A DNA stretch of 63,905 nucleotides, filler included, from Octopus bimaculoides (taxonomy: Eukaryota): NCBI RefSeq assembly GCF_001194135.2. It is 4 parts of 3 records of this genome, joined end to end, with 100 filler letters (N's around TTAATTAATTAA, not from the genome) between each part and the next. Parts side by side here need not be neighbours in the genome. Positions count along the whole stretch, not along the records: positions 36,631 to 45,227 come from NC_069001.1; positions 45,328 to 63,905 come from NC_068981.1; 2 more parts are not named here. One strand, given 5' to 3'. This document shows, in pieces, positions 37,949 through 50,970 of the stretch (the first letter of the stretch is position 1; each line of letters starts with the position of its first letter). Both the position numbers and the translations under genes were made by a program. The notes under the pieces are model-generated. The model was not told the DNA's origin and did no database searches. It was given only the letters and a program-made list of their open reading frames with translations.

Positions 37949-37997
<49 letters not shown>

Positions 37998-38329
37998 ATG
38001 TATAAAAAGTTCAAAGTGCTTGTACTCATATATTACATTAAATGTTTATCTAAAATGTATAAGCAAATATTTTGTTGTGCTTAGTATTGTAGTAAATTTA
38101 AACAGGATTATATCTGACAAGAATATGTGAGATGTAGTTCTCTTTCACACACACACTGTGTGTGTGTGTGCATCTACACAAATTACATATATATATATAT
38201 ATATATACATAAAGATTTTTGTGTACACACACTTAAGCTGAAATTAAGCTGCATTTTTTTCTATTAGCCATGCCCTGTTTGTCAAATGGAATTGTATACC
38301 CAACGATGACAGATTCGAAACCACCAAGG

Positions 38330-38360
<31 letters not shown>

Positions 38361-38432
38361 ATAATAGTGCATATATTTGCATTATATATATATGTGTGTG
38401 TGTGTGTGTTTATATATACATTGTCATCATTT

Positions 38433-38467
<35 letters not shown>

Positions 38468-38631
38468 CATACATACATAGGGATGGGCTGAGCCGTCGGT
38501 TAATCGGGTATTGCCCGAGGATCCGGAGCTCTGAACGGCTCGCACTCTACGTGTTAACTCTACTGATATCAATGCTAAGGGGTCTCGGTAAACAGTTATG
38601 CCCGAGGGTCCTTAATACTCTCAGTCCGCCC

Positions 38632-38718
<87 letters not shown>

Positions 38719-38865
38719 GAGACAGAGAGAGAGAGAGAGATGTGCGTGTGTTTTTCGACCTTGGCGGAATTTGAACTCAGAACGTAGCGACACGCAAAAT
38801 GCAGTCAAGCACTTCGCCCGGCGTGCTAACTCCTCTGCCAGCTCACCGCCTTAATAATAATAATA

Positions 38866-39325
38866 ATCTGCTCAATACCACAGATTTGCTCTTGGTATAG
38901 GTGGGCTACAGTAAATATTCAGCTCAATATCACAGATTTGCTTGTCAATTGTTTGACCTTAGCTAGTTTAGCATGTCTCTTAGTAGCAGACGGTATGTGC
39001 ATCTCTGATCTCTGAAGTAGTGGGGGAGCATCATAGCCATGTGTTGAGAGGAATTCTTTGGGGGTTTGGATAATTCACCTCTGGAAACATGGGTGTTTCG
39101 TTCAACATCCTTAAACAACCCTTATTCAAGGTCGAGTAGCCCATTTGAGCGGGATGGGCTACTCGACCTGAAGAAAATTCTAACTGGGCCCTGTCTTCAA
39201 GGTCATGCACCGTTTATTTTGGATATGAGATCAGCATGTCGCGCACATATGGTTGTGATGCATGTGCCTAGTGTACCCTTATCAGACGGGTAGTCACGGT
39301 GGATATACTGTGTTTCGTATATTTT
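38866..39325. repeat. Probable dispersed repeat of unassigned family containing a perfect 16-bp hairpin
   Basis: GC-richer non-coding block with an internal duplication (GCTCAATAYCACAGATTTGCT twice); hairpin at 39129-39169. Confidence 0.4.
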
Positions 39326-39989
39326 ACCCCAGTGTCACTTTGATGGCGTGCACTGCTCTCTCACTCAATAATAATGATTTCTTTTCTTTACCACCAGGGC
39401 ACGCATAAGGGGAGGGGTGGACTACAAAGACAAACGGAGTGTTGGTATTTACATAGAATGGAGTGAGAAATGAAAAGTAAACATGTTTTACTATGTTAGC
39501 AAACGAGAAGTATGCATGGTATTCATCAGTAAAAAAAAAAGTGATAATGATGTGATCCTCGTAATACAAGGAGGACGTCTAGGGCCAACCGATGTAATAA
39601 TTTTGTCGGTGGCATGTTGTATTGTCCTGCGTTTCGATGAGCTAAACAAGTTAAACAACATGGCGACAAGGTCCCAACTGCGTAACGAACGATTTAATGA
39701 AGATTACTGGAAATATTAATTGGACAATCTCGTTGTTTACTAATTACAGCAAGTCAATCACAGAAACAACAGCAATAACAAACAACAAAACACAACAAAG
39801 AAAGAAAACAATGGTTTTCTACAGCATTTAACGGCTTGTGTGTTGGCGTTAAGATGGTAGATAAGAGAGGAATTAAAAGGGGATTATCGCTGATAGCTTA
39901 AAGATTAGTGTAAATGTTGTCATGTTAAGAGTAAATACATCAGGCTCCACCCCGAATTAATGGATTGAGTTTACACATACCCACGTGTT

Positions 39990-40020
<31 letters not shown>

Positions 40021-40625
40021 GTTCACATGCATATATTTATATCGACACACACGTCAATATATACACAGACAATCATATGCACATACACACACGCACACAC
40101 ATATGCACAGGCATATACACAAACACATATATGCGTTAACACACACACACACATACTTTTTATATTCCGGCAATAAAAATCATGCCCGTCAGTTTTTCGG
40201 AGAAAGATTATCACAATCAAACATTTTCCAGCGTTTAACAAATGTCGCTGGTTGACGTAATTGTTTCACCGTAAAATTTGATTTAATTCACGATGAAGTT
40301 CATACCAGTAGGATTTCATTCGTTTCGTTATAACCTACTGAGACGTTCTTTTTTTTCTCNNNNNNNNNNNNNNNNNNNNNNNNNNNNNNNNNNNNNNNNN
40401 NNNNNNNNNNNNNNNNNNNNNNNNNNNNNNNNNNNNNNNNNNNNNNNNNNNNNNNNNNNNNNNNNNNNNNNNNNNNNNNNNNNNNNNNNNNNNNNNNNNN
40501 NNNNNNNNNNNNNNNNNNNNNNNNNNNNNNNNNNNNNNNNNNNNNNNNNNNNNNNNNNNNNNNNNNNNNNNNNNNNNNNNNNNNNNNNNNNNNNNNNNNN
40601 NNNNNNNNNNNNNNNNNNNNNNNNN

Positions 40626-40806
40626 CCTGTAATTCAAAGGGCAAGCCTTGTCACACTGTGTCACGCTGAATATTCCCGAGAACTACGTTAAGGGTACACG
40701 TGTCTGTGGAGTACTCAGCCACTTGCACGTTAATTTCACGAACAGGCTGTTCCGTTGATCGGATCAACTGGAACCCTCGACGTCGTAAGCGACGGAGTGC
40801 CAACAA
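40626..40806 (+). mobile_element. SINE family B 3' half
   Basis: Matches the 3' half of the 28446-28831 copy; the 5' part lies in the N gap. Confidence 0.85.
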
Positions 40807-40872
40807 CAAACAATTTTATAACAATTTAATCGGTTAGTATTGAGTTCATAACTATAGGAAGAAAAAGATTAC

Positions 40873-40907
<35 letters not shown>

Positions 40908-41294
40908 CCACGTTTTAGATATTTTCATGGACCGCTGCCCCCCTATATTAAATTTTTATGGAAATTACAAAACAAGACGAAGACTTATATAAAGAAATTA
41001 ATCTTGGCTCTTGGCATATCATGGACCATGTTTCTGTTCACTGGTAACACAATATCTGACTAAGATTTTAATTCTGGCAGATTTTATTAAAAATATAAGT
41101 ATTGTACGTGGTTTAAACCTTTTACTTCTAAGAAAAATCCCGATCCCTCTAAACATCTAACGGCTTCTCACAGTGTTCCTTTGGAAGCATTTCGAAGTCA
41201 CAAAAGTACTTGTAAATTCCAAATGCTCTCAAAGGAACGCTATCGACCAGAAGGAAAATCACACTTCTGAAAGCTTCGGTCTCAGGTAGATCAT

Positions 41295-41337
41295 GGTTCC
41301 CTGATGAGGTGCAATAGCACCGAAACATGCCCAGAGT
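41295..41337 (+). ncRNA. Hammerhead core with decayed cleavage site and stem I
   Basis: CUGAUGA-GGUGC(aaua)GCACC-GAAA-CAUG then CCC instead of UC; stem I is poor. Confidence 0.5.
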
Positions 41338-41905
41338 TATCTCACTGTGAAAGAGAAGATCTGATACATTTACTGCTTTACCGAGGTTGTCCTTTCCTGT
41401 CTGTTTTTCTTTCTTGACGTAATTAATCGTTCGAAAATTTATTCACCTCATCACTTTTGTTATAGTTTTTAATTAATAAAAAAATCACTTATTCATCAGC
41501 TATACAGACACCTACTTAACTGTTAAGTGGATTCAGGCATGGTGAAATGATTAAGAAGTTCGTATCACGGAGTCACGGGTTCAACCCCATTGTATAGCAT
41601 GTCTGACAAGGGCATTTACAATATCTTTCAGTCAACCGACTCCTTGTGAATAAAACTGGGTAGACAGAAACTGTACAGAAGCCTGTCAGATGTAATGTAT
41701 CTGTATTTCAAAAAGGTACAGCCTTTTCACACACTGTGTCAAATGGATTCCGCCTGAGAATTACGTTAAGGGGTACACATGTCTGTAGAATACTAAACCA
41801 CTTGTTAATTCTGGAGGAGGTGATTCAGTTGAACGAACAATTAAATCCTCATGATCAAAGGCAGTGCTTCAGCGTGGCCGCAGTCAAATGACTGAAACGT
41901 GTATG

Positions 41906-41939
<34 letters not shown>

Positions 41940-42124
41940 CACACACGTTTATGTTTGTGTTTGTGTGCGTTTATTTGCGTAACCAGACACGTCCAAATAC
42001 GCTCTTCTTCACAAGACGTCGATGACGAGATCGTAAAAACTTATCTTCATCATCAACGCTAAATACTCTGAACGTGATTCATTGTTAAGATGATCCACGT
42101 GTCATACATATACATACATGCATA

Positions 42125-42175
<51 letters not shown>

Positions 42176-42774
42176 AACACACACAAATAGAAACATGCTG
42201 TTATTGTGCATCGCAGTTCGATAGGAAACAATGATATTATTATATAGGTGTGCGTCGGTGTGTGCTTGTGCGTTTATATTACTGTGTGTGTATGAATGTA
42301 TGTATGTATACGTATACATGTGCGTGTATGTGTGTGTGTCTTTGTCCCTATTTGTGTTTCGTAAAGGCTTAACTAATAGGGGTAATGTGGTGAGGCGGGT
42401 GGAATGTCTGACATTCAGAGGAGAAACGAGTAGGTGCGATCTCGGGCACGGAGACATTGTAGTTTTTGTGACCGAGACAATTAAGGGTCAAACTAGCCTA
42501 GGCCTCGCGACACTTCAGCGATGTCATTTAACCCCTGGCCAGCTCTGATCAAGCATGTGTATTATGCAGAACGGCGATTCAATGGTGTCAACTCCGTCTT
42601 TTTATTTATTTATCTATAGTTTTCTTTCGACTGTGCATCTCGAAGAGTTTGTTAAAGAGTCTGGTCAGGTTGGCTTGGGTGAACAATGAAGAATCTAATA
42701 AGTCTTGTCCTTCGTCTGTGAACGAAGATTCTTCCCCCTCTCTCTCTCGCACACACAGACATGTAGACCGAATG

Positions 42775-42926
42775 AGAGAGAGACAGAGAGACAGAGAGAG
42801 AGAGAGACAGAGACAGAGAGAGAGAGAGACAGAGAGAGACAGAGAGAGAGACAGAGAGAGAGACAGAGACAGAGAGAGAGACAGAGACAGAGAGAGAGAG
42901 AGAGACAGAGACAGAGAGAGACAGAG
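42775..42926. repeat. (GA)n/(GAGACA)n compound microsatellite
   Basis: Direct reading. Confidence 0.97.
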
Positions 42927-42929
42927 AAC

Positions 42930-43495
42930 AAAACTGGAGATACTTCCGTTTTGCTGCAAGTTGCAGTAGACAGCTGCCAAGACGCCTCCAAACAAGGACA
43001 ATAAAGTTCGTAGGGCAAACCATCCAAGCCTGGCGACTTGTCTCCTACGCAGCCTGCCATCGCATCCCATACGTCCGCAGCTGCGATGGGTCTTTCACAA
43101 CACTTCGCCTCTCTTGCCGAGAGTCGTGGCAGGCCATGCAGGTAGGCACTCAAGTCTACTCTGCGTTCTAACCCACCAGTTATCCTGAACAGTCGGGTAA
43201 AGTGCTGTTGAAAGGCCTCACACATGCTTTCGGGCTCGAGTAATTCGCGCCCCTATTCATCTGTCAGAGACCTAATGATGACTTTGTTGCCTCGTTGCAA
43301 CTTCGCCACTCAGGCCTCTCGGGCGGCTCCAATTCCTTCGTTTCTCAGAGTACGCATCCTAGCTCTGACAACGCACCCTTCGTGTTTGGCGTTGAAGTGT
43401 TGGTCGAGGGCCAACCTTGCCACCAGCACGTTGGACGCGATGCCACTTCTAGGTGCCTCTTCTAATTTCTTAACTAGGTCTCCTATTCTATTTCG
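42930..43495 (-). mobile_element. Tx1/L1-group LINE fragment (EN-RT linker and RT N-terminus)
   Basis: Motifs GCVVRARMR..RNEG, FQQHFTRLF, LPRLSAREAKCCERPI and KSPGLDGLPYELY. Confidence 0.8.
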
Positions 43496-43510
43496 ATCTA
43501 TCTGTCTATG

Positions 43511-43558
<48 letters not shown>

Positions 43559-43900
43559 TGGAGAGAGTTGCGTCTTCATGCATCTATCCCAATGAAAACA
43601 GTCCTCCATATGTATCACGTGATAATATTTTTACGACTCCAGAAAACGGCGATAAGTTTTATTTATTTAGTTGTTCAGCGCTTTACACAGGAACAGAGAA
43701 GGAGAGAATGAAAATTTGAACGAAGAAGGGATGAATGGCAGCTATAATCCTCACCAGACAAACCAACCGAACGACCTTCTTCAAGTTCCGTCGCTTAATC
43801 TCTGCACGCTTAACGATGTTTCACTAACAGCAACGTTACAACAGAAACAGCGATTTATGGGATTAACCTGCGATTAATGAAATGATATATGTTTATACTC

Positions 43901-44195
43901 GTGAAGGTGCGTGGCTAAGTGGTTAGGGTGTTGTACTTACGATCGCTAGGTCATGGGTTTGATTCCTGCGCAGGGCGGTCTGTCATGTTCTTGAGCAAAA
44001 CACTTCATTTTACGTTGCTATAATTCACTCGGCTATAAATGGGTAACTCTGTGAGGGAATAGTTTTCCGTTCAGGGAGTATTTTGGCCTGCTCGCCCAGC
44101 CAGCGAGGTGAAGTAAGTCGAAATCTAAAACAGTGCAAAGTGCATTGTAACCAGTGATGTTTAAAAACTTCCGATAGACTGGTCGATACCGTGAC
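43901..44195 (+). mobile_element. tRNA-derived SINE (family D); second copy at 44472-44730
   Basis: GTGAAGGYGCGTGGC..AGTGGTTAGGGTGTTG head, B-box-like GGTTTGATTCC, and TTCTTGAGCAAAACACTTCA segment. Confidence 0.75.
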
Positions 44196-44218
44196 ATGTT
44201 TATACTTAATTTATTACA

Positions 44219-44435
44219 TAACAAAGGGTGCTAAAAAGTTCCTGGTTTTAAGTAAAAGAAAATACAGGAGGGTCAGTTATGATTTTATTCAACATATTTC
44301 CCTCTCAGATTCATACATTTATCGCAGCGCTCCTTCAGTTTTTCTAAGCCCTGTAAAAGAACTCAGTAGGTTGGGCCACCAACGAGGCCTTTCGCGACAC
44401 CCTTAAAGCCAGGAACTTTCCAGCACCCCCTCGTA
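44219..44435. mobile_element. Mariner-type MITE
   Basis: TIRs GGGTGCTAAAAAGTTCCTGGTTTTAAG and CTTAAAGCCAGGAACTTTCCAGCACCCCCTCGTA; TA ends. Confidence 0.8.
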
Positions 44436-45327
44436 TAGTGTAGAACAGCCCCTCGTTATAGTATAGAACATGTGAAGGCGCTTGGCCTTGTGGTTAGGGT
44501 GTTGCACTCGCCATCGCAAAACAAGAATGTGGTTTCGATTCCTGGACGGGTTGGTGCGTTGTGTTTATGAGCAAAACAATTTCAATTCACGTTTCTCCAG
44601 TCCAATCAGTTGTAAATGAGTTAACCCTACGATGGAGTGGCGTCCCATCCAGGGGGAAAGGGTGTGAACTCGTTTACTTATACGCCATGGAAACCGAGTA
44701 ACCAGTCCGATGAGTCATAGGACTCGAGACAGCAATGTCCTGGGGTTGAGGCGCGTCGCCTAATGATTAGGCTGTTGTATTTTCGATCGCTATATATGAC
44801 AGACCCCTAACTGAAAGTTGGGGGGAGGGGGGAATTCCCCACTTTTCGCCGATGTCCAGGCTGAAGAGTCTAAAACTTTCACACACAGCACACATTAAAA
44901 AAAATTTTCCAATAATTGAGATTACGATTTTGCTCAGGAAAAAAAAAAAGACTTCAAAATTTTTTATTTTCTCGCCTTTAAAAGTGTTTTGTTTGTAACT
45001 TTTTCAAAAAAACAAAGCACGAATACTTTTTTTTGAAAGAAGTCATTGGATAATTCCTTTCCTGGATATTACAAAGGTGGAATGGTCAAGACTGGAACGT
45101 CTTCGATTCGTGGGATGATTTACTTATAAAGAACATAACACACACACACACACACATATACATGTGAATGTATAACGTACATCTCTCTGTGCGTGTCAGT
45201 ATGTGTGTGCGTATGAATATATATATTNNNNNNNNNNNNNNNNNNNNNNNNNNNNNNNNNNNNNNNNNNNNTTAATTAATTAANNNNNNNNNNNNNNNNN
45301 NNNNNNNNNNNNNNNNNNNNNNNNNNN

Positions 45328-45389
<62 letters not shown>

Positions 45390-46119
45390 TGTGTGTGTGT
45401 GTGTGATCACCATATAAGACTCCGTAAAAACTCTCACTCTTACATTCGTTTCTATTCCTCGATAATAGTTTCACTTTCTATAAACAAATAGTACATATTT
45501 TGTCCAAAAGTACACAGACGCATACACACACGCAAACGTGCATACGTGTGTGTATGTGTGTGTGTGTGTGTAAGACCTTTGATCATGCGTTCGTTCTATG
45601 AGAATTAGCTTCGGGCATAATAACAACATCAACTCGCCTGACACATTCCCACCCGGATGCCTTATAAAACATCTTACTATCCTATAAGGCAGATAGTAAA
45701 ATCATATAGTATGGTGGTATGTATTAACATACTACACTATAGTAGTAGATAGTATTGTTACATAGTATTGTAGTAACATATAGCAGTAAATAGTACAGAT
45801 TTAAATCTAATATCTATTTACAACGCAGCATCGTCTTAGATAAAAAATCACCAAAACTTCGCTGGTTGTGGGTCACAATTTTTCGTATTATGAAATATGC
45901 TTTGAAAAGCTGATAATAAGATACATATTGACAGCTACGGCGAATAACTATGAATGGATATATTACTACTACTACTATTATTATTATTATTATGATAGCG
46001 ATGTGTTTGAGAGTGAAAATATTCAGTGTGAATACACAGAAATGATAAATACCAACTTGAGCAATTACACTTCAATAGAAGTAAATGGTACGTATGATAT
46101 AGAGGCATTTCTGATGATG

Positions 46120-46162
<43 letters not shown>

Positions 46163-46795
46163 CATACATACATACATATAGGCGTTTTCTGAGGTTAATA
46201 AAAGAAGCTTTTATGAAGAGAGTGCATGTGAAAGCTAGCTGAAGTTAAAACTGCTTACCCCATGCTGATAGAGAAAAAAAGCTAAGGATAAAGACGAGAG
46301 AGACACAATCAAAATGGCGAGCTTGCAGCGATATTTTAGCGTATAATATATTGATAATGATCTTTTAAATAGATTTTAGATGAGTTAGAGCAAGTTCTGC
46401 CCAAATATTTAACAAAACTAAAAGAACGACATGAGTGGAGTAAAAAAGAAACAGAATCCATGTTACCAGCCTGAGGAAATATATGTGTGTGTGTATGTGC
46501 ATATATATATATGAAACAGAACGAAAAGCAGTTTCTGGCGTATGAAGAAATATATAAAGAAAAGGAATACATTTTTGTCTTCTCTTGACATACATGAAAT
46601 TGCATGAAAAGGTCATTTTGAAGCAGCTGTCACACACGTGCGCGCGCGCACACACAATATACACATACATAAACTTACGTAAATTCGTATGTATGTATGT
46701 ATGTATGTATATATATATGTATATATATATATATATAAACATACATCTACATACATACTTTTACATGTTTACCCCCACATACACAAACATGTATG

Positions 46796-46854
<59 letters not shown>

Positions 46855-47155
46855 TGCACCCTCCCTATTATACACACACACACACAACGCTCATGCTCCC
46901 ATAATACGCCTCTCATTCCAAGCAAAACATTATTGTTTTCTCTCTCTCTCATGTGTGTGTGTGTGTGGTCCTCTCTATATGTAAGCCCTCTATGCATATA
47001 GGCAATCATTCCTGTATATTTTTATGTATTATACACACAGCTATATATAGAATAATATGAAGACGAAATAAACAGGAGCAAATATGTTACATTGTACGCA
47101 TATTATGTGTGTATGAATATTTAGACTAAGTCCTCCACATAGAAATAATGTCTCT

Positions 47156-47388
47156 TATTTCTTTATTTCCCACAAGGGGCTAAACATAGAGGGGATAAAC
47201 AAGGACAGACAAAAGGATTAAATCGATTACATCGACCCCAGTGCGTAACTGGTACTTATTTAATCGACCCCGAAAGGATGAAAGGCTAAGTCGACCTCGG
47301 CGGAATTTCTACTCAGAACATAACAGCAGACGAAATACCGCTGAGCATTTCGCCCGGCTTGCTAACGTTTCTGCCAGCTCTCCGTCCT
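47156..47388 (-). mobile_element. SINE family A
   Basis: Reverse-complement match to the family consensus. Confidence 0.88.
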
Positions 47389-48434
47389 TTGTTGACCTTT
47401 AACCCTCGGTCAAGTTTCATTGATCAGGAAATTTTTTGAGAGTCCTGGCGTTGCAACCAACACTGNNNNNNNNNNNNNNNNNNNNNNNNNNNNNNNNNNN
47501 NNNNNNNNNNNNNNNNNNNNNNNNNNNNNNNNNNNNNNNNNNNNNNNNNNNNNNNNNNNNNNNNNNNNNNNNNNNNNNNNNNNNNNNNNNNNNNNNNNNN
47601 NNNNNNNNNNNNNNNNNNNNNNNNNNNNNNNNNNNNNNNNNNNNNNNNNNNNNNNNNNNNNNNNNNNNNNNNNNNNNNNNNNNNNNNNNNNNNNNNNNNN
47701 NNNNNNNNNNNNNNNNNNNNNNNNNNNNNNNNNNNNNNNNNNNNNNNNNNNNNNNNNNNNNNNNNNNNNNNNNNNNNNNNNNNNNNNNNNNNNNNNNNNN
47801 NNNNNNNNNNNNNNNNNNNNNNNNNNNNNNNNNNNNNNNNNNNNNNNNNNNNNNNNNNNNNNNNNNNNNNNNNNNNNNNNNNNNNNNNNNNNNNNNNNNN
47901 NNNNNNNNNNNNNNNTATATATATATATATTCATAAAATAATAGCATACATGTAAGCACACATATTTATGTGCATACACATATGCACGCACACATATGAG
48001 TATGTGCATATGTAAGCACGTATCTATTCTAAGGTGCAGACTTCCAGTAACAATACATTAACAGCGAATATATCTTTACGTGTAAACACTAATGCAGATC
48101 ATATTCTCTTCTTTTTTGTAGAAGAAAAAAGTCTGCATAAAACATATCTTAGAGGCCAACATTTCTTGAAAACATAAATCGACATTAATGCATACGACTT
48201 GAGAAATGCTTTGTTTATTATTATTAATATTATTATTATTTCTTTTAAAATGACGAGAGAGGGAGAGAGAGAGAGAGGTAAAGAAAAGCGATTAAATGTT
48301 AATTTGAAACAAGAATGGCTTCCATTCTTCCTCATGGTAATTGTCAACAAACAAACAATAGAAGAACGAACGAATGAAATGGAATTAACAACAACAACGA
48401 TGACGAGATGATGATGATGATAATAATAATAATG

Positions 48435-48490
<56 letters not shown>

Positions 48491-48962
48491 TATAATAATA
48501 ACGACAACAATAGTGGTGTATAAATAAAACTCGATGATTCAAAATGATAAATATATAAAATGAAATCAATTTAAGATATTGCAAGATGTAATTATTTCAA
48601 TGTAAGTATTTAAATTTAAGAGAGACGGACAGGGAGGGAGGGAGGGAAGGGGGGGGAGTTAATTAAGAAACGTAAAATGGAGAACACAGATATCCTCGTC
48701 ATCATCATGGTTCCATAACAATCGCGATTACAATCACAATCATCACCATTTTATATAAATAATCTCCATTTATGTAGATAAACATCTGAAGGTATGAAGC
48801 AATTGAAAAAGTCCTGCTCGAAGCTAAAACACATATTGGTATCAAAGGCTTTAAGTGGATGACATCAACAAACTCCATTAGTTTGCCAGGGACTTATTTT
48901 ATTGCAACCCGTTTGTCAAATGGCTAAGTCGACTAAGAGTAAAAGGACGCAATTCACCTATA

Positions 48963-49176
48963 CACTAATCCCTCGCCATATCACGGTTTATTATTTAAGC
49001 TTACGTCGATTCCTCTGTGGTGTTGTTTTGCATTCATAATAAAATAAATATATAAAAATTATAAAAATAATAAAAGAAATATACAGTACAGTGTTGTTTC
49101 TACTTCGCGGATTTTCAATTATCGCGGGGGATGGGTGGTTTGGAACGTAACACCCGCGATAGCCGAGGGATTACTG
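48963..49176. mobile_element. Tc1/pogo (Tigger-like) MITE, uninterrupted
   Basis: Ends CA(C)TAATCCCTCG.../...CGAGGGATTACTG; colinear with the flanks of 9012-9616. Confidence 0.85.
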
Positions 49177-49685
49177 TCTACCATAATAGGTTTTCGTTCG
49201 GTACTTCGTTTATCTTATGTCACCTTCTCTCTGTCTCCCTCATATATATGTAAGAAAATTAAAATTTAAAAGAAAATTAATTAAATATGCAAGTTATTCA
49301 GTTCTGCCTAACCGGGATTCTTTCGTCTCCCATGGAAAATTCCTCACCAAATGCGAAGCACGTGATTAAAATGTTCTGATGCTTTTCTAAAATTATCCAC
49401 GAACAGAATTCCAAAATCTGTCGATGCCTGACCGTCACACTTCATGGGATTCAGCTTTAGTTAGATCCAATCAGCATCGTAGAGCAATTACCTTTGACAA
49501 TGATAACCTTATTCTCAGGTAACTTCCTCTTTATTACAGGAACACGAAAACTGACTCGGCAATCTACGTGTGATCCTATCACGTGACTAGGCTTAACCAG
49601 TGGGGCACAACATTGTATTTACACCTACAAATATAACACCTTTTGCCACCTTTCACGCTTACCCCTTACAATATCTAAAGGACCA

Positions 49686-49885
49686 AGGGCGGCGAGATGG
49701 CAGAAACGTTAGCACGCCGAGTGAAATGCTTAGCGGTATTTCGTCTGTCTTTACGTTCTGAGTTCAAATTCCGCCGAGGTCGACTTAGCCTTTCATCCTT
49801 TCGGAGATCGATACATAAAGTACCAGTTGCGCACTGGGGTCGATCTAATCGACAAGCCCCCTCTTGTGCCTAGAGTAGAAAGGAG
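49686..49885 (+). mobile_element. SINE family A with 14-bp TSD
   Basis: TATCTAAAGGACCA at 49672-49685 and 49886-49899. Confidence 0.9.
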
Positions 49886-50262
49886 TATCTAAAGGACCAG
49901 ATGTATATACTCCCGCGTGTATATTTGCATAAAACTGAGTAGCAACAGGGTAAATCACCAATTCCCAGTAGATATCTGATATATTTCTTGTGCAACGTGA
50001 CCAGGTATTCTGTCCGACGCTCTACCGATTCTTTCGACCAGCCTCCCGTTATTATTAACTATCGCAATATCTCAGTTAAATAATATTACTTAATTTCTAA
50101 AAGAAAACACGAAGTAATTTTCAGCCGACATACTGCTATAAAATAGACCAATACAATATGGCGGAAATATAGTTGTTGCCATTTTCCTCTCGTTTTCGTC
50201 AATTTTTGTAAAAACATATTTCATTATTTTTTCCTGCCTTTCTTTACTATTGCTACTAGTAA

Positions 50263-50302
<40 letters not shown>

Positions 50303-50683
50303 TCTATTGTTGATATTTGTATCCGTTACTTTTAGTAATCATTTGTTTATTTATTCGTTTCTTTATAGAATGAATATTCCATTAAAAGCGAACAGACAAT
50401 ACGGAATGATGTCAAACCAGTCCTGCTGATCGCAAACACAACAATAATAATGAGAAGAATAGGACGGAAAGGTTAACAATGAAGAGAGAGAGNNNNNNNN
50501 NNGAGGGAGGGGGAGAGAGAGAGGGGGAGAGAGAGAGGGAGACGGCGGGGAATGAAAGATTTTGGGGGTGGAGAGGTTGGGGGAGGTTGATTAATTGGGA
50601 AGGTTAAGAAGACATGGGTGGAATGATCAAATGTAAGGAGATATGAACCGCTGCCGTCTTCGCAACAAAATCAACAATAACAT

Positions 50684-50970
50684 TTCCTTTCTAAATCTGG
50701 CCCAAGGCCAGCAATTTGAAAGGGAAGGGGTAAGTTGATTACATTAACTCCAGTGTTCAGCTGGTACTTGCTTTATCGATCGCAAGAGGATGAAAGCTAA
50801 AATCGACTTCGACACCATTTGAACTTAGAATGAAAAGATCCGAAAGAAATGCCGCTAAGCATTTGGTTAGGCACGCTAAAAATTCTACCAACTCGCCGTC
50901 TTAATAATAATTTCCTTTCTAAAGTAGGGACAAGGCCTGGAATTTAGGAGGAGAGTCAGTCGATTGCATC
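50684..50970 (-). mobile_element. Diverged SINE family A copy plus the tail of a second copy
   Basis: Reverse-complement match to the central domain and head. Confidence 0.7.

Noticed and set aside
44706-44732. CCGATGAGTC-ATAG-GACTCGAGAC as a hammerhead
   Set aside because: Stem register does not place G12-A13-A14 correctly and there is no GAAA or stem III. It is a hairpin in a SINE-D tail.
45868-46122. 84-aa ORF containing poly-Tyr
   Set aside because: Built around a (TAC/TAT)n microsatellite; flanks not assignable to any family.
48632-48657. G-quadruplex motif (GGGA)4
   Set aside because: Real as a motif but a common purine microsatellite with no supporting context.
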